DNA from: Candidatus Binatia bacterium
GTDB taxonomy: Bacteria; Desulfobacterota; Binatia; UBA9968; JAJDTQ01
NCBI GenBank assembly: GCA_963666515.2
Contig: OY762897.2
Coordinates: 3,584,001 to 3,648,000, forward strand
Direction: 5' to 3'
DNA: 64,000 nt
Made by a program: the position numbers and the translations under genes. Each line of letters opens with the position of its first letter. The first letter of the stretch is position 1. The notes beneath the pieces are model-generated. The model did no database searches, was not told the DNA's origin, and was given only the letters and a program-made list of their open reading frames with translations. Of the stretch, positions 1-7,651 are shown piece after piece.

Positions 1-131
1 CCCTGGTCCATCAGGACGCGGGCGTTCTTCAGCCCGGGACCGGCCGAAGGGCCGGAACGGGCGTGGCCGTCCCAACCCGATGATTGACAGAGCAGGAGGA
101 AGAAGAGCAAGGCGCCGATGGATTTCTTCAT
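1..131 (-). CDS. 5' part of a secreted protein, possibly a Slam-type (surface lipoprotein assembly modifier)/TPR outer-membrane protein; runs off the window edge
   Basis: Manual translation from ATG at 131: MKKSIGALLFFLLLCQSSGWDGHARSGPSAGPGLKNARVLMDQG..., a signal peptide then a TPR-like helix start; lies directly downstream of a TbpB-like lipoprotein gene. Confidence 0.45.
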   Translation of the reverse strand, partial: MKKSIGALLFFLLLCQSSGWDGHARSGPSAGPGLKNARVLMDQ

Positions 132-154
132 GGAGAATCTTTCGTCCGACACCA

Positions 155-182
155 GAAAGGGCAGCCTTTCGGCTGCCCTTTC
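155..182 (-). terminator. Stem-loop downstream of the lipoprotein gene (terminator/attenuator)
   Basis: Perfect 12-bp inverted repeat GAAAGGGCAGCC-tttc-GGCTGCCCTTTC, 46 nt after the stop at 228. Confidence 0.7.
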
Positions 183-227
183 CTCGGTTTTAACCAACGT
201 TGTGGTCGACTTTGCGGTCGTCCCGCC

Positions 228-2924
228 TCACTGTTTCTTTGCGCCGAAAGCGCCCACGAAGGTCTCGCTTTCATCCGCGTTCGTCACACCGAAGGTGCCG
301 GCGACGGAACCCGGGTGCCGGCCAGCGTCGTTATCCGAATCGGCGGCCGGTTGTGCACCGTAGAATTGCCCCTGCCAGGAGCCGCTGAACTTATAGCCGC
401 CAGCAGTAAGCTCCTCGCCCATCCTCGTGGAACCGCTGAAGGTGCCATTAGAGGCTGCGATATTTGTGCCCGTCACGTTGTTGCTGGGAACGTCATGATC
501 CATGTATATGGTCTTGTCATAGTCCTCGCCGTGCGAAACGATGTTTTCGATCCTCCCCGAGATGGTCCCTATCTGGGTTGTATTATTACCAAACTGGGCA
601 TTCAGGGTTGCATCCCCATGGAACCAGTCTACCCTGTTGTACTCCTGGCCTGCCGGCGCCGGTCTCGAGTGCACGCCTGCAGCGGCGCCTCTATACGTCG
701 CAGTACCCGTAAGCGCCTGCCAGTTTGCCTCCGAATTGCCCCCAACCGGCACGTAGGGGAGGTTACCATCCGCGAAAGCACCGAATTCAAAGGTGCTGGC
801 GGCGTTGTCGCCCGTTGTTTCCGTCAGCCAGACGCCAAAGACGAGATAGTCCGAGTCGGCAGCTCCGGCAACGTACGTCGTATCGGTCCTGGAACCGGTA
901 AACGTGAAGTCGCCAGTCATTGCGGTTACTCCCCCGCTGGGCGTGCGCGTTATCGTGCAAGTATTCATGCAAGTGAACGTGCCGCTAAGCGGCTTCGTGG
1001 CTGCCTGCTCGTCGTGGTCGTATTTTCCGGTGAAGGTTTGCGTGTTGTTGGTAGTGGTCAGCGGTCCTGCATCCGTTATCCGGGATGGGTTGTCCTCGGC
1101 GACATCTGTATCAGTGACTGATACGAGGCTCGTCGTCGTATTCGTTTTTTGCTGCGCAATGTCCGTGAATGCAAGAACATAAGCTTTTCCAACGGTTTCG
1201 TTCTGGTCATTCTGAAGGTTACCGCTGTAATCGAAGCCAAGTTTGAATTCGGAGGACGGCAGTCCATCCTCCTGGTCGGTGTTTTTGGTGGTGGAAGAAC
1301 CGTATGCGTCTCCGCTGCTGTTACTATCGCCATCCAGATCGACGGTAACGGACGCAATCGCTTCGTTCTTGTCGTCGGACAGATCGGCGTCGTGCGGATA
1401 CGTAGCGGTCGCCGTAGAAACGTTCCGGTTAGCAGTGTCGGTGTCGTTGGACCTGCTATCGTGGTTCTGAGCGGCATCAGCGATTTTCGCTTGAGCGTTC
1501 TTGATCGTATCCGCCCGCCTTTTCGCTATCAACTTAAGCTCATCGTCATCCACGTTGGCCGGATCGGTCACGACAACGCTGTAGGCGTTCGCGCTCTTGA
1601 ACAAGCCCAGGACGTGCGTGTTCCAGGCCTTCATGGCCGCAGTCTCTGCCGACTCCGCCTCGCCCCTTTTGGTCTCGGCGGTCGTCTGCCGCTTCTCTGC
1701 TATGTCCTGCTGGCCCTCGGCCGCGATCCTGTATTCCTCCGCCTTGTCGGCCGTGGTGCCGTCCTTAGCCGCGTCGTCCGCTGCTTTTTTCGCTGCGTCC
1801 GCTGCTGTTCTCGCCTCGTCCGCTGCTTTTTTCGCGTCCTTAGCCGCGTCGTCCGCGTCCTTCGCGCTCTCCTTTGCATTCTCTGGACTGGTCTCGTAAT
1901 CTGTCCTTGCCAGCTTTGCCTTCTCGGCCGAACTGGCCGCGTTGTCCTTTGCGATTTTCGCCGCGTCACTAGCCGTTTTCGCCTTCTTTGCTGCCGCTTC
2001 CGCCGCGTTGGCTGCCGCACGGGCCTCCCGGCGGTTACGGTCCAGTTTGACGAGGTTGTCGGTGTTCGTGATCCTGTCGTACTCCTCCTCGACATCCTCC
2101 AACGCCTTCACTACCTTGTCCCGCTCGGCTTCAGCCTTGGCCTGCTCGGCCTTTGCCGTTTCGGCCGCTGCCTTCCGGTCAACCATTTTATCGGCGTCAT
2201 TCGCCGCGTCGCGCGCCTTTTCCGCCGCGGTAGCCGCGGTTTCCGCTGCCGTCGCCGCCGCCTCCGCTGTTTTCGACGCCGGGGAATTAGCGCCCACCTG
2301 ATTAGTGACGTAGTTGGCCATCGTCCGAGCGTTTACAGGGACGTTGACTGTGTTACCGTCTGCGTCTGTGTATGTGTCACCGGCCTTCCTGGTGTCGGTG
2401 GAGTCCCCGGCCTTCATCCGGGCCTCGGCAGCAGCGGCGATCGCATCCGTTCTGGCCTTGCCCAAGTCGATCTCGTAACCGGCGAACATCACGGCAGTGC
2501 TAACCCCGTTCGCTTCCTGCCCTGCCAGGACCTCCGCCGCGTCTACCTTGGCTTTTTCCGCCTTCGCGACAGCCAGGTCCGTCGCCGCCTGGACTGCGGT
2601 ATTCGCAGTCTGCGCGCTTGTGTCGGCCGCATCGAGGTCCGCCTTGTCGGCCTTCGCGACCGCAATCGCCTCGGCGTATCTCAGCTTGTTGATATTGGCG
2701 TTTCCTCCCATCCCGTCAACACCGCCGATCGCCTTGCCAGCGTCCTCCTTCATTTTCGCGACTCGCGCCGCCGCATCCCTCGCATCCTTTTTCAACTTCT
2801 CCAACTCGGTCTGGTCGACCGGCGGAGGAGCAGACGTGCCGCCACCGCCGCCGCAGCCATACACCATCATGGAGAGTACGGCGACGAGGCAGATCGCCAT
2901 CAAATTCTTGAATGACTTAGACAT
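228..2924 (-). CDS. Surface lipoprotein with Ala/Lys/Glu-rich helical stalk and C-terminal transferrin-binding-protein-like (TbpB/HupA) beta-barrel
   Basis: Lipobox VYG-C followed by a Gly/Pro linker; about 400 aa of Ala-rich helical repeats; C-terminal ATYRGAAAG...FSGSWQGQFYG...SVAGTFGV...FVGAFGAKKQ typical of TbpB-like barrels. Confidence 0.75.
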   Translation of the reverse strand: MSKSFKNLMAICLVAVLSMMVYGCGGGGGTSAPPPVDQTELEKLKKDARDAAARVAKMKEDAGKAIGGVDGMGGNANINKLRYAEAIAVAKADKADLDAADTSAQTANTAVQAATDLAVAKAEKAKVDAAEVLAGQEANGVSTAVMFAGYEIDLGKARTDAIAAAAEARMKAGDSTDTRKAGDTYTDADGNTVNVPVNARTMANYVTNQVGANSPASKTAEAAATAAETAATAAEKARDAANDADKMVDRKAAAETAKAEQAKAEAERDKVVKALEDVEEEYDRITNTDNLVKLDRNRREARAAANAAEAAAKKAKTASDAAKIAKDNAASSAEKAKLARTDYETSPENAKESAKDADDAAKDAKKAADEARTAADAAKKAADDAAKDGTTADKAEEYRIAAEGQQDIAEKRQTTAETKRGEAESAETAAMKAWNTHVLGLFKSANAYSVVVTDPANVDDDELKLIAKRRADTIKNAQAKIADAAQNHDSRSNDTDTANRNVSTATATYPHDADLSDDKNEAIASVTVDLDGDSNSSGDAYGSSTTKNTDQEDGLPSSEFKLGFDYSGNLQNDQNETVGKAYVLAFTDIAQQKTNTTTSLVSVTDTDVAEDNPSRITDAGPLTTTNNTQTFTGKYDHDEQAATKPLSGTFTCMNTCTITRTPSGGVTAMTGDFTFTGSRTDTTYVAGAADSDYLVFGVWLTETTGDNAASTFEFGAFADGNLPYVPVGGNSEANWQALTGTATYRGAAAGVHSRPAPAGQEYNRVDWFHGDATLNAQFGNNTTQIGTISGRIENIVSHGEDYDKTIYMDHDVPSNNVTGTNIAASNGTFSGSTRMGEELTAGGYKFSGSWQGQFYGAQPAADSDNDAGRHPGSVAGTFGVTNADESETFVGAFGAKKQ

Positions 2925-3464
2925 CTATGGTCTCCTTTTCTTTAGGGTCTGTAGCCGATGGATGGATTCAGTCGCAAGAAAGACCGGCGACCTCAACTCA
3001 CGATCCCCGTCAAGGACAGCGCCGTCCTGCCCCCTCAGGGACAATTCCTCATGCTTGGCATGTCTTCGAATTCTCCTTTCCTGTGGGCTGGAGCCGCAAG
3101 CAAAGGCCGTCACTCGTAAAGCTGGAACAATCATATCCCGGCACATATAGCACCAAGTCTCGCGGACTGCAACCACTTTTTTACAGGATTTTACGCCATT
3201 CCGCACAAAGACGCCCTGGAAAGCGAAAGCCCGTCGTCGATGGTCCTGTTCCCGTACCATCATCGAAAGAGGATTGCAACCGGGGGGGGCCGCCCGGTCG
3301 ACCCGGTTTTTTCCGTGACCTGGGCTTTTTTTCCGTGACCCGGGCGCTTCCGTCCATCCGCCCATCTCGTCGGCGGCTCGTTTGACTTGTTCCGGGAAAG
3401 CCTGATAAAGGACAATCCCGGACCGCAGTTGGGCGGGGAATTTCAAGCACAGGGAGGACATCCA

Positions 3465-3680
3465 TTGGCAACCTCCGTCACAGCCCCCATGGTGGGCAAG
3501 ATTCTGAGGATCGAGGCGAATCCCGGCGAGGCCGTGGAAGAGGACGACGTGGTCATCGTGATGGAGGCCATGAAGATGGAGATCCCGGTGGTGGCGCCGG
3601 CCGCCGGGACGGTCAAGGCGGTCAAGGTCGAGGTCGGGCAGTCGGTGGAGGCGGGCGAGGAACTCGCCGAGATCGAGTAG
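3465..3680 (+). CDS. Biotin carboxyl carrier protein (stand-alone biotinyl domain)
   Basis: EAMKM biotinylation motif; TTG start at 3465 preceded by a GGAGGA RBS (the ORF-track start at 3387 is probably too long). Confidence 0.9.
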   Translation: MATSVTAPMVGKILRIEANPGEAVEEDDVVIVMEAMKMEIPVVAPAAGTVKAVKVEVGQSVEAGEELAEIE

Positions 3681-3731
3681 CCGCGCGCCCGCGCACGGCT
3701 TTCGCCCCGGCAGGGTTGAGGCAGGTTCGAC

Positions 3732-3848
3732 ATGGGTACCTGGGAATTCGGCCTCACGGTTGCGCTGGTGGGCAGCGTCGGCACCTTGGTGGTGCTGTGG
3801 CTGCTGAGCCTGCTGATTCTGCTGATCCGGAAAATCTTTCCTTCGTGA
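3732..3848 (+). CDS. Small membrane subunit of a Na+-translocating decarboxylase (OadG/gamma-delta family), 38 aa
   Basis: Not in the ORF track; manual translation MGTWEFGLTVALVGSVGTLVVLWLLSLLILLIRKIFPS gives one TM helix; sits between the biotin carrier and the beta subunit. Confidence 0.75.
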   Translation: MGTWEFGLTVALVGSVGTLVVLWLLSLLILLIRKIFPS

Positions 3849-3903
3849 TTCCCGGCCCCCGGGAACCACGTAAGGAGCGGGACTCACCCTTCACAACAAG
3901 AAT

Positions 3904-5046
3904 ATGGAATCCGCGATCCTCTCCGGCGTCCTGGGGCTGCTTGACGGCGTTTCGCACCTGGCGCTCGGCCAGGTGGTCATGATGGCCATCGCCGGGACGC
4001 TGCTCTACCTCGGCATCGTCAAGGGGTTCGAGCCGCTGCTGCTGGTGCCCATCGGCTTCGGCGCCGTCCTGGTGAACATCCCCCAGGCCGAGTTGATGGC
4101 AGAAGGGGGCACGCTCCGGTTCTTCTACGACTTCGGCATCCGCACGGAGATCTTCCCGGTGCTGATCTTCATCGGCATCGGCGCCATGACCGACTTCGGG
4201 CCGCTGTTCTCCAACCCCAAGATCATCATGCTGGGCGCGGCCGGGCAGTTCGGCATCTTCCTCACGCTGCTGCTGGCCCTGGCGCTGGGCTTCGACAAGC
4301 TGGACGCCGTGGCCATCGCCGTCATCGGCGCGTGCGACGGTCCCACTTCCATCTACGTGACCTCGCGCTACGCCCCCCACCTGCTGGGGGCGGTGTCGGT
4401 GGCCGCCTACTCGTACATGTCGCTGGTGCCGCTGATCCAGCCGCCGATCATGCGGGCGCTGACCACGGCGCGGGAGAAGCAGGTCGTCATGGGCATGGTG
4501 CAGCAGGCGCCGGTGTCGAAGACCACGCGCATCCTGTTTCCCATCGTGGTCACGGTGGTGGCTTCGATCATCGCGCCCCTGGGGACGCCGCTCATCGGCA
4601 TGCTGATGCTCGGCAACCTGCTGCGGGAGAGCGGCGTGGTGGAGCGGCTCAAGCTGACCTCGGAGAACGAGATCGCCAACATCGTCACGCTGCTGCTGGG
4701 GCTGGCCATCGGCGGCACCATGGCCGCGGACGGGTTTCTCCGGGTGGAGACCCTGATGGTGCTGGCCCTGGGGCTCGTGGCCATCGGCCTGGACACGGTG
4801 ATGGGCGTGCTGTTCGGCAAGGGCATGTGCCTGCTGAGCCGCGGCAGGATCAACCCCCTCATCGGCGCCGCCGGCATCTCCGCCTTCCCCATGGCCGCGC
4901 GCGTGGTGCAGAACGAGGGCCAGCGCTACAACAAGAAGAACCACCTGCTGATGCACGCCATGAGCGCCAACGCCGGCGGCCAGATCGGCTCCGTCATCGC
5001 CGCCGCCATCATGCTCTCGGTGCTGCGGGGGATGGGGATCATCTGA
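3904..5046 (+). CDS. Sodium ion-translocating decarboxylase beta subunit (OadB/GcdB/MmdB family)
   Basis: FEPLLLVPIGFG, IFIGIGAMTDFGP, IGACDGPTSIY, AYSYMSLVPLIQPP, GISAFPMAARV motifs. Confidence 0.95.
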   Translation: MESAILSGVLGLLDGVSHLALGQVVMMAIAGTLLYLGIVKGFEPLLLVPIGFGAVLVNIPQAELMAEGGTLRFFYDFGIRTEIFPVLIFIGIGAMTDFGPLFSNPKIIMLGAAGQFGIFLTLLLALALGFDKLDAVAIAVIGACDGPTSIYVTSRYAPHLLGAVSVAAYSYMSLVPLIQPPIMRALTTAREKQVVMGMVQQAPVSKTTRILFPIVVTVVASIIAPLGTPLIGMLMLGNLLRESGVVERLKLTSENEIANIVTLLLGLAIGGTMAADGFLRVETLMVLALGLVAIGLDTVMGVLFGKGMCLLSRGRINPLIGAAGISAFPMAARVVQNEGQRYNKKNHLLMHAMSANAGGQIGSVIAAAIMLSVLRGMGII

Positions 5047-5049
5047 AGC

Positions 5050-5259
5050 TCAGGCGGCGGGAAACAGCGCCTCCAGAGACACTTCGACTCTCTTGTTGTC
5101 TATGATCGTGGAGGCGTCGAGAATCTCAATTTCCAAAGGCCGTCCTTTCTCGGAGAGGTGAACGATGACGCCTTCAGCCATGTCCGTGGAGTCTGAAGGC
5201 TGTCCCTCGCCCAACTGAATAGTGAGCACATCCGCATCACGAGAGTATGTGATCTTCAT
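5050..5259 (-). CDS. DUF2283-family protein (putative antitoxin)
   Basis: MKITYSRDADVLTIQL...EGVIVHL...GRPLEIEILDAS pattern; GGAGG RBS before ATG 5259 (alternative GTG at 5268). Confidence 0.8.
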   Translation of the reverse strand: MKITYSRDADVLTIQLGEGQPSDSTDMAEGVIVHLSEKGRPLEIEILDASTIIDNKRVEVSLEALFPAA

Positions 5260-5581
5260 ATTGTCCACCTCCCTGGAAATAGCGCTCTGCCGACGGACTG
5301 TACACGGTTACCGCAACAGGGAGCGTCCCCTCGTACTCATATATCACCCGAATCAGATGTTTTCCCTGGCGGAGATGCGCAATAAAGCGGCCGTGATGGC
5401 CGACGAGCACCTCTTCGGGGAAGAGCATTGTCCGTACAACCAAATCGTCCGTCAGACCCCACCTTTTCAGCCTGTTCAACACGTGGTGGGTGAGCAGGAC
5501 TGAAACGTTCTTTCCATTCGCCTGAATCTCATAGACTTTGCCACGAGGATGGTCCTGGATATGGGCGAGCCGGTACGCCAT
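5237..5581 (-). CDS. DUF4258-family protein (putative RelE/BrnT-like toxin)
   Basis: LTHHVLNRLKRWGLT...LIRVIYE...VAVTVY pattern; overlaps the DUF2283 gene. Confidence 0.7.
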   Translation of the reverse strand: MAYRLAHIQDHPRGKVYEIQANGKNVSVLLTHHVLNRLKRWGLTDDLVVRTMLFPEEVLVGHHGRFIAHLRQGKHLIRVIYEYEGTLPVAVTVYSPSAERYFQGGGQYEDHILS

Positions 5582-5584
5582 ATC

Positions 5585-6367
5585 TCACCGGCCCTTGAAA
5601 CCCGGCTTCCGCTTCTCGCTGAAGGCCCGGGGGCCCTCCGCGGCGTCCTCGGTGCCGCCCACCATGGCGCGGAAACCGGCCTCGAAGCGGATGGCGTCGG
5701 CTACCGGCAGGTCGATGCCGCGGAGCACCACCTCCTTGACCGCCTGAAGCGCCAGCGGCGGGCCGTCGGCGATGGATCGAGCCAGTTTATCCGCCTCGGC
5801 CATCAACTGGTCCCGCGGCAGGACCCGATTCACCAGACCGCAGCGGAAGGCTTCGGCCGCGGAGATGGACTCGCCGGTGTAGAGCATCTCCAGGGCCATC
5901 CCGAGCGGCATGAGACGGGGCAGCCGCACGGTGCCGGAGCTGCCGGGGAAGAACCCGCGCTTGATCTCCGGCAGGCCGAAGACGGCGTCCTCGCTGCAGA
6001 TGCGGATGTCGCATGACAGGGCGATCTCGAAGCCGCCGGCCAGGCAGTAGCCGTGGACTGCCGCGATCATGGGCTTCCACACGGGCTCCCGGCGGCCGGG
6101 GTCCCGGGCCAGCGCCGAGGTCCAGAACTCCCGCGCCCGGGGGTCGCCCGCCACCGCCCGCTCCTTCAGGTCCATGCCGGTGGAGAACGCCCGGTCGCCC
6201 GCGCCGCTCACCACCGCCACCCGAAGCGCCGGGTCCGCGGCGAACGCGTCCCACACCCGCCCCAGTTCCGCCCACATCGCCTCGTTCATGGCGTTGAGCC
6301 GCTCGGGCCGGTCCAACGTGATGAAGGCGATGCCGTCCCTGGCTTCGAGGTCGATATATGACGCCAC
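5585..6367 (-). CDS. Enoyl-CoA hydratase/isomerase (crotonase) family protein
   Basis: ITLDRPERLNAM, AFSTGMDL, AAVHGYCLAGGFEIALSCD, FGLPEIKRG. Confidence 0.95.
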   Translation of the reverse strand: MASYIDLEARDGIAFITLDRPERLNAMNEAMWAELGRVWDAFAADPALRVAVVSGAGDRAFSTGMDLKERAVAGDPRAREFWTSALARDPGRREPVWKPMIAAVHGYCLAGGFEIALSCDIRICSEDAVFGLPEIKRGFFPGSSGTVRLPRLMPLGMALEMLYTGESISAAEAFRCGLVNRVLPRDQLMAEADKLARSIADGPPLALQAVKEVVLRGIDLPVADAIRFEAGFRAMVGGTEDAAEGPRAFSEKRKPGFKGR

Positions 6368-6391
6368 GTCGTTCTCAGAAATTACGAGAGC

Positions 6392-7651
6392 TTACTCACT
6401 GGCGGCGTAAATCGTTAGAAAGAGTTCTGCATCGTCAATCAGCCGGTACTCGGGCTCTCGGCCGGACAACTGAGCGCTACGATCCAAGATAAGCGGCACG
6501 CCTTCACCGCGTTTGTCCATCATGTTCCGTCGGTCCGTCGTCAACCAAGCCCCGTCAGGCACTGCACACTTGGCCAAGAGACTGCAGATCGCCTCGTTCC
6601 GGGCTGACTGCCGGTAGCGGAGACTCTCAATGGTCAAGGAGTTAGGAACGGTCCCGGGGGAATAGATCTCCAGGCGGTTCTCAAATAATCGCAGTCTTAC
6701 CTTGGAGCCATGGATCGAGTAGTCCCTGTGAGCCACGGCGTTCACGATAGCCTCGAATACGGCCGTCATCTCATACTGTGGTTTGTCAGTGCGTCCTTGG
6801 TCCTTGTATGCCGCCGTCTTCATGTTCCTGGCCACGAATCGACAAGCCTCAACTATCTGCTGATCGAGAGGTCCTGACACGTCCGCAGCGTCAAGCTGGT
6901 AGGCATCAACCGTCGAAGGTCGAATGACGTCTCCGCGATATGCGACTGCTTGGATATACGCATTGGGTAACCACAGGCGCGGATCTTCGGTCGCCATCAA
7001 GATGCCGGCCACCGTTGGCTTCATCGCGCCGTCCTCGTCGGCACGTACCATACCAAGCTTGCCAAGAAAATCGTCCCGGTCGTCGTCGGAGCGGGACGTG
7101 CGAAACCGCTGCCACAAGCGTGGTTCCAGATTGTCCATTCGAGCGGTCCCGACGACCTGCTCGTCGAAGCGGATGAGACGCGTTTGACTGCGTTGCTGAA
7201 AGAGACGGGCAAGCCTCTCCGGGGACATCGGGCGTTTTGAATCAGTCGTCCGAGCCATGAATCCGCCCGGGCTTCGATGGACAAACAGACTTCGCGGTAC
7301 TTCCACCTTTACAACGGCCAATGGCTCACCAGAACTGGAAGGTAACCGTAGTCGCTCTAGAACGACGTCTTCAATGGGGGGAACGATGGAATCCGAGCAC
7401 ACTTCGCGAACGAGATCCACGACTGCATCCAGGCGCTCCTCTGGAATACCAGTCACTTCATGAGTCTTGTCCTCAACCCCGAGGACAAACACGCCACCAT
7501 GACTGTTGGCAAAAGCAGCCAGCCCGTCTGCGAGCGCGTCGCGGCTTGGTCCCCGGACCTTGCCGCCAGCGAAGCGCACTTCCTTGAACTCCAGACGGCT
7601 GCTTTCGCCCAGCCGAATTGCGTCTAGTAGCTCCAATGGGTTGTCAAACAT
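6392..7651 (-). CDS. AlbA_2 (Schlafen-like) domain + HATPase_c_4/RecG-C-like ATP-binding protein
   Basis: GESSRLEFKE...AAFANSHGGVFVLGVED at the N-terminus; EAIVNAVAHRDY, LEIYSPG, RNEAI, MDKRGEG; ATG 7651 overlaps the upstream stop. Confidence 0.85.
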   Translation of the reverse strand: MFDNPLELLDAIRLGESSRLEFKEVRFAGGKVRGPSRDALADGLAAFANSHGGVFVLGVEDKTHEVTGIPEERLDAVVDLVREVCSDSIVPPIEDVVLERLRLPSSSGEPLAVVKVEVPRSLFVHRSPGGFMARTTDSKRPMSPERLARLFQQRSQTRLIRFDEQVVGTARMDNLEPRLWQRFRTSRSDDDRDDFLGKLGMVRADEDGAMKPTVAGILMATEDPRLWLPNAYIQAVAYRGDVIRPSTVDAYQLDAADVSGPLDQQIVEACRFVARNMKTAAYKDQGRTDKPQYEMTAVFEAIVNAVAHRDYSIHGSKVRLRLFENRLEIYSPGTVPNSLTIESLRYRQSARNEAICSLLAKCAVPDGAWLTTDRRNMMDKRGEGVPLILDRSAQLSGREPEYRLIDDAELFLTIYAASE

